Below, in pieces: positions 35,053-45,521 of a DNA stretch of 64,000 bases. The notes beneath the pieces are model-generated. The model did not search any database. It saw only the letters and a program-made list of their open reading frames with translations, and had not been told where the DNA came from. Position 1 is the stretch's first letter; every line of letters begins with the position of its first letter. Source of the stretch: Muribaculaceae bacterium (GTDB taxonomy: Bacteria > Bacteroidota > Bacteroidia > Bacteroidales > Muribaculaceae); NCBI GenBank assembly GCA_022509065.1, contig JAFLTY010000003.1, positions 1,900 through 65,899 on the forward strand, written 5' to 3'. Both the position numbers and the translations under genes were made by a program.

Positions 35053-38000
35053 ATGAAAAAAATCAGTCTGTACCTATCGGCACTATCGTTAATGGCCACG
35101 GCTTCCCTGCCCGCCACAGCTCAGACAGCAGCCGATTTCGTTCCCTACCGGCAAACCGACATTCGTATGCCGTCGGTTCCCCTGTTGGTGAACGACCCCT
35201 ATTTCTCTATCTGGTCTAACTATGACGCACTCAACGGCGGTCCCACACGCATGTGGTGCGAACATGAAAAAGCAATTGAAGGCATACTGCGCGTTGATGG
35301 CACAGCCTATCGCTTTATGGGCACAGGCATCAAAACGCTGTTGCGTCCCATCGCCGGTATGACTGTCGACGGCACCGACTGGTCGGGTAGAGTCAGCTAC
35401 AACAAACGCACTGACGCCCAATGGGCAACTCCCGGCTTTGACGACAGCAGTTGGGCTGTCGAGGAGGCCGCATGGGGAACACCCGGTGAATATCCCAATG
35501 TCAGAAACAAATGGACCGGCGACAACAAAGATATCTACGTGCGCCGTACCGTTACCCTCACTCCCGAGGACTTGGAGAAAGACCTGTGGGTAATGTACTC
35601 GCACGATGACGTTTTCGAACTCTACGTTAACGGCACACGCGTTGTATCGACAGGCGAGACATGGCGTCAAGGCGAGCAACACCGCCTCAGCGATGCCGAA
35701 AAAGCTCTTCTTAAACCCGGCGACAATATCATAGCAGGCTATTGCCACAATACAACCGGTGGCTCGTACATCGATTTCGGTCTGTATGAAAACACTCTGC
35801 CCGAGGGAGCCGATACCCAGATGGCTCAACAGAACTCGGTTTATGTCCTTGCCACAAGTTCCTACTACAACTTCACCTGTGGGCCTGTAAACCTCGACTT
35901 GGTGTTTACCGCCCCCATGCTGATTGACGATCTCGACCTTATCTCTACTCCCATCAACTTCATTTCCTATCAAGTGACAGCCAACGACGGTAAGGAACAT
36001 GACGTGCAGTTCTATCTGGGCACATCGGCACAGCTCACTGTCAACGAGATGAGCCAACCCACCATAACCACCACTGTCAAGGAAGGCGGAATAACATACG
36101 CCAAAGCTGGCTCCGAGGCTCAGAATATACTTGGACGCTCGGGCGATATGATTTCGATTGACTGGGGTTATCTCTACATACCAGCTATTAACGGCGAAGT
36201 CAGTGTGGCTCCTGTCGAGACATCCGAAGCTTACTTCATTAAAACAGGTAAACTTCCCGAAAATGTCAGCGGCGAAATACGCAGTACAAACCGCGCCAAC
36301 ATGCCTGTCATTAACTTCGTTAACGATATGGGTAAAATAAAAGAAGGCCGCTCATTTATGATGATAGGCTATGACGAAGTGTACGACATGCAGTATATGC
36401 ACAATAACTACAAGGCATACTACGCTCGTAACGGCAAAACAATATTTGACGCATTTAAAGAGTTCAACCGCGACTATTCCAGCCTGATGGAGCGTTGCCG
36501 CGCACTTGACAAAATGATATACGACGACGGCCTTGCGGCAGGCAATGTCAAATATGCCGAACAACTTTCGGGTTGCTACCGCCACGTCATGGCCGCTCAC
36601 AAACTCTTTGAGGACAACACAGGTAAAGCACTGTATTTCTCGAAAGAAAACAAGTCTAACGGTTGCGTTAACACCGTCGACCTTACATACCCCGAATCGC
36701 CTCTCTATCTCCTCTACAACCCCGAGTTGCAGAAAGGTATGATTCTTTCAATACTTGACTACGCATTGTCCGACGCACGCAAGGGTAAAAACTGCGCCGC
36801 CCATGACCTGGGACAATATCCTCTGGCAAACGGACAGGTGTACGGCGACACAATGCCTCTTGAAGAATCTGCAAACATTATCCTGTTGGCCGATGCTATT
36901 TGCCGTATCACCGGCGATGGTGAATGGCTAAAACCCTATCGCAACGTCCTGAAAACATGGGCCGACTACTGTTATGCAGAAGGCCAGAATCCCGGCAACC
37001 AGCTCTGTACAGACGACTTTAAGGGTCCAAGCGAACAAAACACTAACCTTTCCGTCAAGGCCATTATGGCAGTGGCCGCTTACTCAAACCTTATCCCTTA
37101 CATCGGAGCTAATGCGCGTGACATCGAGAAATATCAAAAATACGCACAGGATATGGCTCTTATTTGGGAAGGAACCGCACGCGACGGTGACCACTACCGC
37201 ATGGAATTCCACAAACCGGGCACATGGAGTCAGAAATACAACCTTGTATGGGACAAAATGTGGGGTCTCGAGCTTTTCCCACAGGAAGTACTCGACCGCG
37301 AAATCAAATTCTACCTCAACCATCAGCAGAAATACGGACTGCCCCTTGACAGCCGCGACTTCATGACAAAGAGCGACTGGATAATGTGGACTGCCTCAAT
37401 GGCTCCCGACACCGAAACATTCCTTAAATTCTCGGACAAACATTACGACTACATCAACGAAACCACCTCGCGAATACCGTTGAGCGACTTCTTCTGGGCT
37501 CACACCGGCGTATCGTGCAACTTTAGCGCACGTTCGGTCATTGGCGGTCTGTGGATGAAAGTCCTCATGGATAAATACGCCCCCGTTAAGGAAGCTACCG
37601 CTTGGTCGCCCAAAGGAAACCACATCAAAACACGTTGGGCAGAACAAGTCAATCCCGAGTGTCCTCTTCCTGAACATCCCAAACCTCTGATGGTACGCAA
37701 CGAATGGAAAAACCTCAACGGACTTTGGGAATATGCCATAGGCGAATCAAACGGCACAGCGCCGACAGTTTGGGAAGGCGAGATTCTCGTTCCCTACCCC
37801 ATAGAGTCAAGTCTGTCGGGCGTTATGCGTCCTCTCGAACCGGGCAAAGCGCTTTGGTATAAAAAAGACATAGTTGTTCCCGAGGAATGGGACGGCAAGA
37901 AAGTGCTTCTGAACTTCGGAGCTGTCGACTATCAGGCAACCGTGTATGCCAACGGAACAAGCGGGCGCAACCAGATTGGTTCGCATATCGGTGGCCATAC

Positions 38001-39567
38001 GGCATTTACTGTTGACCTCACCAATTATCTCACCGATGGTAAAGCGACAGTCTACGTCAAAGTTATCGACAACACTGACGAGGGCAGACAACCTGTAGGC
38101 AAGCAGCGTCGTTATCCCGCCGGAAACGGTGACATCAATTACACCTCGACTTCAGGCATCTGGCAGACCGTATGGTTGGAAGCCGTTCCCCAAGCCTACA
38201 TCACCGACATACGCACTACTCCCGACGTAGATAACAGCAACCTCACTTTCGATGTCGCTCTGAAAGGTACTATAGGCGGCGAAGTTGAAGTCAAGGTTCT
38301 TGACGGTAACACTGTTGTGGCACAGAAATCTGTACCTGCAGCCAACACCACGACATTAACCCTCGATATTCCCGACGCTAAGTTGTGGAGTCCGGCACAT
38401 CCCAACCTCTATAACGTGCAAGTGACTTACACCAACGGCGATAACATCGATAAGGTTGACAGCTATGCCGCTCTTCGCAAGATATCATACGCCAAAGACG
38501 ATAAAGGGTTCTGGCGCCTTCAACTTAACAATAAAGACCTTTTCCAATTCGGTCCTCTTGACCAAGGTTATTGGCCCGACGGCCTGTTGACAGCTCCTAC
38601 CGACGAAGCTCTTCGCTTTGATTTGGAAAAAACAAAAGACTGGGGCTTCAACATGGTTCGCAAACACATGAAAGTCGAACCGGCACGCTGGTATTGGCAC
38701 TGCGACAGCCTTGGATTACTGGTATGGCAGGATATGCCCTCGCAATTCACCACCGACGAAGGCGACTGGCACGTCTTTGACTGGTATCCCGAACATAACT
38801 GCTCGATAGACCCGACAATCGAGAAAAATTTCAAAAACGAATGGCAGGAAATCATCGAACAGCACTATTCTAACCCGTGTATTGTCGTTTGGACACCGTT
38901 TAACGAACGCTGGGGTCAGTTCAAGACAGCCGAGATAGTGGCTTTCACTCAACAACTCGATCCCACGCGCCTGGTTAACCCGGCCAGTGGCGGCAACCAC
39001 TACAAACTTGGCGAAGGTACATTTGTGGATCAACACACCTATGACCAACCGATAGTCGTTTACGAAGGAGTGTTCGACTATACACGCCCCTACGTGTTGG
39101 GCGAGTATGGAGGCCTTGGTCGCAACATATCCGGTCATCGCTGGTATGAAAAAGACTCGCAGACATACAACACCTACCCCAACGAAAAAGCCATCACGGA
39201 CGCCTACGTCACACTGGTGGGTCAAATACAGAACATCGCCAACGGATACGTTAACAACGGACGCCATATTTGCTATGGAGCCGCGGTTTACACACAGACC
39301 ACCGATGTCGAAACAGAAGTAAACGGCATCATGACATACGACCGCGAAGTCATTAAGTTTGATGAAGACCGTATACGCGCTGCCGCCCACGCGCTAACCT
39401 CGATGTTTGGAAATGAAGACTCGGGCGTGGCTGTAGTCCCTTTCGTTGACGGCACCGGTGAACCTATCTATTATGATGTAATGGGGATTCGTCATAATGC
39501 GCCGGTGCCCGGAATCAATATAATTCTAAACCCCGACGGTTCAGCTTCTAAACAGCTGATTAAATAA
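35053..39567 (+). CDS. 1504-aa chimeric secreted enzyme: glutaminase-A-like (DUF4964/DUF5127/DUF4965/DUF1793-type) module with inserted jelly-roll, fused to a complete GH2 module, plus T9SS-like tail
   Basis: The N-terminus PSVPLLVNDPYFSIWS...LRVDGTAYRFMG is glutaminase-like. The insert WATPGFDDSSW...IYVRRTV...LSDAEKALLKPGDNIIAGYCHNTTGGSYIDFGLY aligns with paralogs A-C. The (alpha/alpha)6-type part reads VDLTYPESPLYLLYNP...AHDLGQYP...EESANIILLA. From about nt 37600 the GH2 blocks are NFGAVDYQATVYANG, GIWQTVWLE, WTPFNERWGQF and VLGEYGG. Confidence 0.7.
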   Translation: MKKISLYLSALSLMATASLPATAQTAADFVPYRQTDIRMPSVPLLVNDPYFSIWSNYDALNGGPTRMWCEHEKAIEGILRVDGTAYRFMGTGIKTLLRPIAGMTVDGTDWSGRVSYNKRTDAQWATPGFDDSSWAVEEAAWGTPGEYPNVRNKWTGDNKDIYVRRTVTLTPEDLEKDLWVMYSHDDVFELYVNGTRVVSTGETWRQGEQHRLSDAEKALLKPGDNIIAGYCHNTTGGSYIDFGLYENTLPEGADTQMAQQNSVYVLATSSYYNFTCGPVNLDLVFTAPMLIDDLDLISTPINFISYQVTANDGKEHDVQFYLGTSAQLTVNEMSQPTITTTVKEGGITYAKAGSEAQNILGRSGDMISIDWGYLYIPAINGEVSVAPVETSEAYFIKTGKLPENVSGEIRSTNRANMPVINFVNDMGKIKEGRSFMMIGYDEVYDMQYMHNNYKAYYARNGKTIFDAFKEFNRDYSSLMERCRALDKMIYDDGLAAGNVKYAEQLSGCYRHVMAAHKLFEDNTGKALYFSKENKSNGCVNTVDLTYPESPLYLLYNPELQKGMILSILDYALSDARKGKNCAAHDLGQYPLANGQVYGDTMPLEESANIILLADAICRITGDGEWLKPYRNVLKTWADYCYAEGQNPGNQLCTDDFKGPSEQNTNLSVKAIMAVAAYSNLIPYIGANARDIEKYQKYAQDMALIWEGTARDGDHYRMEFHKPGTWSQKYNLVWDKMWGLELFPQEVLDREIKFYLNHQQKYGLPLDSRDFMTKSDWIMWTASMAPDTETFLKFSDKHYDYINETTSRIPLSDFFWAHTGVSCNFSARSVIGGLWMKVLMDKYAPVKEATAWSPKGNHIKTRWAEQVNPECPLPEHPKPLMVRNEWKNLNGLWEYAIGESNGTAPTVWEGEILVPYPIESSLSGVMRPLEPGKALWYKKDIVVPEEWDGKKVLLNFGAVDYQATVYANGTSGRNQIGSHIGGHTAFTVDLTNYLTDGKATVYVKVIDNTDEGRQPVGKQRRYPAGNGDINYTSTSGIWQTVWLEAVPQAYITDIRTTPDVDNSNLTFDVALKGTIGGEVEVKVLDGNTVVAQKSVPAANTTTLTLDIPDAKLWSPAHPNLYNVQVTYTNGDNIDKVDSYAALRKISYAKDDKGFWRLQLNNKDLFQFGPLDQGYWPDGLLTAPTDEALRFDLEKTKDWGFNMVRKHMKVEPARWYWHCDSLGLLVWQDMPSQFTTDEGDWHVFDWYPEHNCSIDPTIEKNFKNEWQEIIEQHYSNPCIVVWTPFNERWGQFKTAEIVAFTQQLDPTRLVNPASGGNHYKLGEGTFVDQHTYDQPIVVYEGVFDYTRPYVLGEYGGLGRNISGHRWYEKDSQTYNTYPNEKAITDAYVTLVGQIQNIANGYVNNGRHICYGAAVYTQTTDVETEVNGIMTYDREVIKFDEDRIRAAAHALTSMFGNEDSGVAVVPFVDGTGEPIYYDVMGIRHNAPVPGINIILNPDGSASKQLIK

Positions 39568-39581
39568 TCGACCTTCCTAAA

Positions 39582-39616
39582 AATATAGGGACATGCTCAC
39601 AGTGTGTCCCTATATT
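39582..39616 (+). terminator. Stem-loop (perfect 12-bp arms) after the 1504-aa gene; terminator or attenuator
   Basis: AATATAGGGACA pairs with TGTCCCTATATT across an 11-nt loop. The following T-run is weak, and I found no clear TAnnTTTG box before the next gene. Confidence 0.5.
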
Positions 39617-39673
39617 CAAAAGAAGGGTTGATATTTCATTTTCCCCTAAAACTGTTTCCCTTAAATCCGATAA

Positions 39674-40645
39674 ATGAGAACTTCAATAAGCTTATTTTCC
39701 ATCATATCAGCAGTTTTTCTGACATTAAACGCAGGCAATCCGGTCTTCGAGGGTTGGTATGCCGACCCCGAAGCTGTAATTTACGATGATACTTACTGGA
39801 TATACCCGACTTATAGTCAGCCCTATGAAAAACAAGTGAAGATGGATGCCTTCTCGTCGAAAGATCTTCTTCACTGGACACGTCACGAAAACATTATTGA
39901 CACAACAGCTGTCCAATGGGCCGAAAAATGCCTGTGGGCACCGGCTGCTTTGCGTCATAACGGCAAATATTATCTCTTTTTTTCGGCCAACGATGTTCAT
40001 CCCGGAGAGACAGGTGGTATAGGAGTCGCTATTGCAGACAGTCCCGAAGGCCCTTACCGCGACGCCCTGGGTAAACCCCTTATTAACGACAATGTGAATG
40101 GTGCTCAACCTATTGACCAATTTGTTTTTGTAGACGAGGATGGCTCAATATATATGTATTACGGCGGCTGGGGACATTGCAACGTCGTAAAACTCACTGA
40201 CACCCTGACCGAACTGAAGCCGTTCGAGGACGGTACATTTTTCAAAGAAATCACTCCCGAAAAATATGTTGAAGGTCCGTTCATGTTTAAACGTGGAGGC
40301 AAATATTATTTTATGTGGAGTCAAGGAGGTTGGACAGGTCCCGACTATTGCGTGGCGTATGCAGTGGCCGACAACCCTTTGGGTCCCTTTGACTCACGTG
40401 GAGAAATTCTCAAACGAGATGAGATGATAGGCACAGGCGCCGGTCACCATTCCGTCATTCATATACCGGGAACAGATGACTATTATATAGTCTACCACCG
40501 TCACCCGCTCGGAGCCGATGACGGCAATAATCGCGTTACATGTATCGACCGCATGTATTTTGATACCGAGGGAAACATACTCCCCGTCAAAATGACATTC
40601 GACGGCGTCGAACCGCGCACTCTATCAGATTTAGAAAAAAATTAA
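39674..40645 (+). CDS. GH43 family glycosidase (arabinofuranosidase/xylosidase/galactofuranosidase-type fold)
   Basis: NPVFEGWYADPEAVIYDDTYWIYPT, LWAPAALRHNGKYYLFFS and EGPFMFKRGGKYYFMWS are classic GH43 blocks containing the catalytic Asp and Glu. It has a signal peptide. Confidence 0.85.
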   Translation: MRTSISLFSIISAVFLTLNAGNPVFEGWYADPEAVIYDDTYWIYPTYSQPYEKQVKMDAFSSKDLLHWTRHENIIDTTAVQWAEKCLWAPAALRHNGKYYLFFSANDVHPGETGGIGVAIADSPEGPYRDALGKPLINDNVNGAQPIDQFVFVDEDGSIYMYYGGWGHCNVVKLTDTLTELKPFEDGTFFKEITPEKYVEGPFMFKRGGKYYFMWSQGGWTGPDYCVAYAVADNPLGPFDSRGEILKRDEMIGTGAGHHSVIHIPGTDDYYIVYHRHPLGADDGNNRVTCIDRMYFDTEGNILPVKMTFDGVEPRTLSDLEKN

Positions 40646-40672
40646 TCCAATTATATAAAACCAATCTGACAA

Positions 40673-42988
40673 ATGACAATCAAAAAAAATATACACCTCT
40701 TGAGTCTGACTTTTACTATGTTTAGCGGCACTTGGTTCGCCCAATCGGTGCAAGCCAAAGTGCCCGAAACACCGGTTGACTACGTCAGCACTCTTGTAGG
40801 CACCCAATCCAAGCATTCTCTTTCGACCGGAAACACCTACCCTGCTATAGCTCTTCCGTGGGGTATGAATTTCTGGACACCGCAGACCGGTCGCATGGGA
40901 GACGGATGGGCATATACCTATGATGCGGATAAAATACGGGGGTTCAAACAGACACACCAGCCAAGCCCGTGGATAAACGACTACGGTCAGTTTGCAATCA
41001 TGCCGGTCACCGGGCGTCCGGTTTTTAATGAGGATGAACGCGCAAGTTGGTTCTCACACAAAGCTGAAGTTGCTTCACCGTATTATTACCGCGCTTATCT
41101 CGCCGATCATGATGTAGTGACAGAGATAACCCCGACAGAACGCGCGGCCATGATGCGATTTACCTTTCCCGAAACTGAAGACGCCTATGTCATAGTAGAC
41201 GCCTTGGATAATGGCTCTTCGGTGACAGTGATTCCCGAACAAAATAAAATCATCGGGTACACAACAAAAAACAGTGGAGGCGTCCCCGACAATTTCAAAA
41301 ATTATTTCGTCTTAGAATTCGACAAACCGTTTACTTACACGGCAGCAGTAACCGACGGCAATATAGACACAGCCAAATTGACCTCGACAGCCAATCATTC
41401 AGGAGCAATCATCGGTTTCAAAACGAAAAAAGGAGAACAAGTCAATGCACGTGTAGCTTCCTCCTTTATCAGTCCCGAACAAGCCGAACTCAACCTGAAG
41501 GAACTCGGTAAAGACACTTTCGAGCAAATAAAAGAAAAAGGACGCGACCGTTGGAATGAGGTTCTGGGAGCCATAGAAATCGAAGACGAAGATTTGGACA
41601 ACAAGCGAACTTTCTATTCTTGCCTCTATCGTTCACTCCTGTTCCCTCGCTCTTTTTACGAATATGACGCCGAGGGCAACGTCGTTCACTACAGTCCGTA
41701 CAACGGAGAGGTACTTCCCGGATATATGTTTACCGACACCGGCTTCTGGGATACTTTCCGCTCGCTTTTCCCGTTCCTTAATCTCATGTATCCGTCAATG
41801 AGCGAAAAAATGCAGGCCGGTCTTGTCAACACGTATAAGGAGAGCGGTTTCCTCCCCGAATGGGCCAGCCCCGGACATCGCGGTTGTATGGTAGGCAATA
41901 ACTCGGCTTCGGTAGTGACAGACGCAATCCTCAAAGGTGTTGACTGCGGTGAGGCAGACATATTGTGGGAAGCTGTGGTACACGGGGCTAACAATGTTCA
42001 TCCCCACGTACCGTCGACAGGTCGTCTCGGTCATGAATATTACAATACGTTGGGTTACGTCCCTTATGACGTCAATATCAACGAAAACGCTGCTCGCACT
42101 CTTGAATATGCCTATGACGACTGGTGTATCTATCAGTTGGGCAAAAAACTCGGTAAATCACAAACCGAACTTGCTCCGTTCAAAAAGAACGCCATGAACT
42201 ATAAGAACCTTTTCGATCCGTCGCACAATCTTATGCGCGGCAAGAACAAGGACGGCAAGTTTCAGGAACCTTTCAATCCTTTGAAATGGGGCGATGCCTT
42301 TACCGAAGGTAATAGCTGGCACTACAGCTGGTCGGTTTTTCACGACCCCGAAGGGCTCATCTCTTTGATGGGAGGTAAAGAAATCTTTAACAATATGCTT
42401 GATTCGGTATTTATTGTGCCTCCTGTTTTCGACGAAAGCTATTACAACAGCGTGATACACGAAATCCGTGAGATGCAAATCATGAACATGGGTAACTACG
42501 CTCACGGCAACCAGCCCATCCAGCACATGATATATCTGTATGATTATTCGGGAGAACCTTGGAAAGCCCAATACTGGATACGCCAAGTCATGGATAAAAT
42601 GTATAATGCCCATCCCGACGGATATTGTGGTGACGAAGACAACGGCCAGACATCTGCATGGTATGTATTCTCGGCTCTCGGTTTCTATCCCGTATGTCCG
42701 GGCAGCAATGAGTACGCTTTAGGAACCCCTTTGTTCAAAAAAGCCACACTCAACCTTGAAAACGGTAAAAAAGTCACGATAAGCGCACCTAACAATGCGG
42801 ACAATAAGCCTTATATACAGGCTATGACAATTGACGGCAAACCTTACACAGCCAACTATATCGACCATGAAACTCTGAAGAAAGGCGCTAAGATAGTCTA
42901 CGTGATGTCTGAACAACCCAATACACAACGCGGAACAGCTCCATCCGATGCGCCATACTCTTTCAGTAAAGAAATCGCAGACAAATAA
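40673..42988 (+). CDS. GH92 family alpha-mannosidase
   Basis: VDYVSTLVGTQS...GNTYPAIALPWGMNFWTPQT...GFKQTHQPSPWINDYG and ...AHPDGYCGDEDNGQTSAWYVF are GH92 signatures. Length is 771 aa with a signal peptide. Confidence 0.9.
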   Translation: MTIKKNIHLLSLTFTMFSGTWFAQSVQAKVPETPVDYVSTLVGTQSKHSLSTGNTYPAIALPWGMNFWTPQTGRMGDGWAYTYDADKIRGFKQTHQPSPWINDYGQFAIMPVTGRPVFNEDERASWFSHKAEVASPYYYRAYLADHDVVTEITPTERAAMMRFTFPETEDAYVIVDALDNGSSVTVIPEQNKIIGYTTKNSGGVPDNFKNYFVLEFDKPFTYTAAVTDGNIDTAKLTSTANHSGAIIGFKTKKGEQVNARVASSFISPEQAELNLKELGKDTFEQIKEKGRDRWNEVLGAIEIEDEDLDNKRTFYSCLYRSLLFPRSFYEYDAEGNVVHYSPYNGEVLPGYMFTDTGFWDTFRSLFPFLNLMYPSMSEKMQAGLVNTYKESGFLPEWASPGHRGCMVGNNSASVVTDAILKGVDCGEADILWEAVVHGANNVHPHVPSTGRLGHEYYNTLGYVPYDVNINENAARTLEYAYDDWCIYQLGKKLGKSQTELAPFKKNAMNYKNLFDPSHNLMRGKNKDGKFQEPFNPLKWGDAFTEGNSWHYSWSVFHDPEGLISLMGGKEIFNNMLDSVFIVPPVFDESYYNSVIHEIREMQIMNMGNYAHGNQPIQHMIYLYDYSGEPWKAQYWIRQVMDKMYNAHPDGYCGDEDNGQTSAWYVFSALGFYPVCPGSNEYALGTPLFKKATLNLENGKKVTISAPNNADNKPYIQAMTIDGKPYTANYIDHETLKKGAKIVYVMSEQPNTQRGTAPSDAPYSFSKEIADK

Positions 42989-42994
42989 ACGACT

Positions 42995-43681
42995 ATGCCA
43001 AGATACGGAATATTAACCGCTTTGACCATGTCAGCATTGGTTACCTTGCCTGTGTTTGCCGGCAACAAAGACTGGGCCGGTATTAACCGCTACCAACAGG
43101 CCAATAAAGAAATCACCGCAAAGCCCGACGTTGTCTTTATCGGTAACTCGATTACAGACTACTGGATAGACTTTCATCCCGATTTCTTTGCATCGAATAA
43201 CTATTTGGATAGAGGAATCGGAGGTCAGACATCGTCGCAGATGTTGCTTCGTTTTCGCGAAGATGTGATTAAACTTAATCCCGAGGTAGTAGTCATCAAT
43301 GCCGGGACAAATGATTGCGCAGAAAATACCGGTCCGTTCGACGCAGACTTTACGTTCGACAATATTGTCTCCATGGCCGAACTGGCAAAAGCCAATGGTA
43401 TAAAGGTCATTTTAGCTTCTATCTTACCGGCCTCTTCGTTTGGCTGGAATCCCAATGTAACTGACGCTGCCACCCGTATTGCCGATTTGAATAGTCGTAT
43501 CAAGGAATATGCCTTAGCTAATGGCATACCCTTTGCCGACTATTATACCCCGATGGTTTACGGCAATGACTTGGCTCTTAATCCCTCGTACTCAAACGAT
43601 GGTGTCCATCCTACAGCCGAAGGCTATGTCGTGATGGAAAGTGTTATTAAACCTATTATTGAAAAAACTTTAAAACCCTGA
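42995..43681 (+). CDS. SGNH/GDSL-family esterase (small, secreted)
   Basis: Blocks are VVFIGNSITDYW (I), GIGGQTS (II), INAGTNDC (III) and DGVHPTAEGY (V). It has a signal peptide. Confidence 0.8.
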   Translation: MPRYGILTALTMSALVTLPVFAGNKDWAGINRYQQANKEITAKPDVVFIGNSITDYWIDFHPDFFASNNYLDRGIGGQTSSQMLLRFREDVIKLNPEVVVINAGTNDCAENTGPFDADFTFDNIVSMAELAKANGIKVILASILPASSFGWNPNVTDAATRIADLNSRIKEYALANGIPFADYYTPMVYGNDLALNPSYSNDGVHPTAEGYVVMESVIKPIIEKTLKP

Positions 43682-43683
43682 CA

Positions 43684-45498
43684 ATGATTTATTCTAAAAT
43701 TAGACTCGCTGTTGTTGCCATACTTTCTACACTTGTATTGACCGACGCGTATGCCGGTGATAAAATACAAAGTCGATGGGCTGATGAAATCGACACCGCT
43801 CAACCTTGGAACGTTTACCCACGCCCCATGCTCGAGCGCGATAATTGGAAAAATCTAAACGGCTACTGGCAATACGCTATAGTTCCCCAAAAAGCGGGTC
43901 TTCCCACCGAGTGGCAAGGAGATATTCTGGTTCCTTATGCTGTGGAGTCCAGTCTATCGGGGGTTGAGCGCAGAGTTCGTGACAACGAAGCATTGTGGTA
44001 TAACCGCACTTTCACCGTCCCATCTTCATGGAAAGGCCAGGACATCATGCTCAATTTCGGAGCTGTCGATTGGTCATGCGAGGTCTGGGTAAATGACATT
44101 AAGGTTGGCTCACATAAAGGTGGTTACACTCCTTTCAGTCTTAACATAACCCCGGCTCTCAATAACAAAGGCGAAAACACCCTTACAGTGCGTGTTACCG
44201 ATCCGACCGACCATGGCTATCAACCCCGAGGCAAACAAGTCAATCGACCCGGAGGAATATGGTACACTCCTGTGACGGGCATTTGGCAGACTGTCTGGAT
44301 GGAACCGGTCAATAAAAATCATATCGCCTCTATCAAAACAACCCCCGATATCGACCGAAATGTAGTCAAGGTAGAGGTAAATCCTGTCGGAGGTGAAAAC
44401 AACATAGCTCAAATCGCAATTATTGACAACGGACAAACGATTGCAAGCGGCAAAACTGTGGCTGGTGAACCAGTGGAAATCCACATGCCTGAAAACGCAC
44501 ATTTATGGTCGCCGGATTCTCCTTATCTTTACGACATGGAGATAGTTTTGCTCGAGAACGGCAAAGTTGTCGACAAAGTGAACTCCTACACCGCCTTGAG
44601 AAAGTTTTCGACTGCTCGCGATGACAAGGGGATTGTGCGCTTACAGCTCAATAATAAGAACCTTTTCCAGTACGGTCCTCTTGACCAGGGATGGTGGCCT
44701 GACGGCCTTTATACGGCTCCCACATACGAAGCTATGATCTATGACATAGATAAGACCAAAGACTGGGGTTTCAATATGATTCGCAAGCACGTAAAAGTTG
44801 AACCGGAACTTTGGTACGCGTATTGCGACCGAAAAGGCATTCTCGTGTGGCAGGATATGCCAAACGGTGACAACAGCCCCGAATGGCAGGCTCATCAGTT
44901 CTTCAATGGGGCTGAAAAACAACGGTCGGCAGAAAGCGAAGCCAATTACCGCCGCGAATGGAAAGAAATAATAGACGCAAACTACAACCATCCCTGTATA
45001 GCCACATGGATTCCCTTCAACGAAGCGTGGGGACAATTCAAAGGTCCCGAAATAGCTGAATGGACCAAATCATACGATCCTTCCCGTCTTGTCAACCAGT
45101 CAAGCGGTGGCAACCACTATCACGTAGGCGATATGATAGACACGCACCATTATCCCGCACCCAATGTATCCGTTATCGATGGTGCACGAGCCAATGTACT
45201 TGGTGAATTCGGCGGAATAGGTATGGTAGCTGAAGGACATCTTTGGGCTCCTGACCGCAACTGGGGTTATGTCCAGTTCAACACGCCTAAACAGGTAACC
45301 GACGAATACGAAAAATACATTCGCAAACTTATCGATTTGGCCAAATCCACCTACTCCGCCGCTGTTTATACTCAGACAACAGATGTGGAGGTTGAAGTTA
45401 ACGGTCTTATGACTTACGATCGCGAAGTCATTAAAATTGATGAGGATAGAGTGCGTGCAATAAATCAGGAATTGTGCAATTCGCTAAACGTAGACTAA
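43684..45498 (+). CDS. GH2 family glycosidase (stand-alone paralog of the C-terminal half of the 1504-aa protein)
   Basis: NFGAVDWSCEVWVNDIKVGSHKGGYTPF, GIWQTVWMEP, WIPFNEAWGQF (acid/base NE) and VLGEFGG (nucleophile Glu). It is colinear with residues ~865-1440 of the 35053..39567 product. Confidence 0.8.
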   Translation: MIYSKIRLAVVAILSTLVLTDAYAGDKIQSRWADEIDTAQPWNVYPRPMLERDNWKNLNGYWQYAIVPQKAGLPTEWQGDILVPYAVESSLSGVERRVRDNEALWYNRTFTVPSSWKGQDIMLNFGAVDWSCEVWVNDIKVGSHKGGYTPFSLNITPALNNKGENTLTVRVTDPTDHGYQPRGKQVNRPGGIWYTPVTGIWQTVWMEPVNKNHIASIKTTPDIDRNVVKVEVNPVGGENNIAQIAIIDNGQTIASGKTVAGEPVEIHMPENAHLWSPDSPYLYDMEIVLLENGKVVDKVNSYTALRKFSTARDDKGIVRLQLNNKNLFQYGPLDQGWWPDGLYTAPTYEAMIYDIDKTKDWGFNMIRKHVKVEPELWYAYCDRKGILVWQDMPNGDNSPEWQAHQFFNGAEKQRSAESEANYRREWKEIIDANYNHPCIATWIPFNEAWGQFKGPEIAEWTKSYDPSRLVNQSSGGNHYHVGDMIDTHHYPAPNVSVIDGARANVLGEFGGIGMVAEGHLWAPDRNWGYVQFNTPKQVTDEYEKYIRKLIDLAKSTYSAAVYTQTTDVEVEVNGLMTYDREVIKIDEDRVRAINQELCNSLNVD

Positions 45499-45521
45499 CA
45501 ACCCATTACGCCATAATCATC

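Noticed and set aside
35089-36057. 322-aa minus-strand ORF inside the 1504-aa gene
   Set aside because: It is fully embedded antisense to a gene with strong family motifs. It is rich in Gly, Val, Ala and Cys, as expected for an antisense frame, and has no signal or motif support.
38716-39390. 224-aa minus-strand ORF in the GH2 part of the 1504-aa gene
   Set aside because: It is antisense to conserved GH2 blocks and has no independent support.
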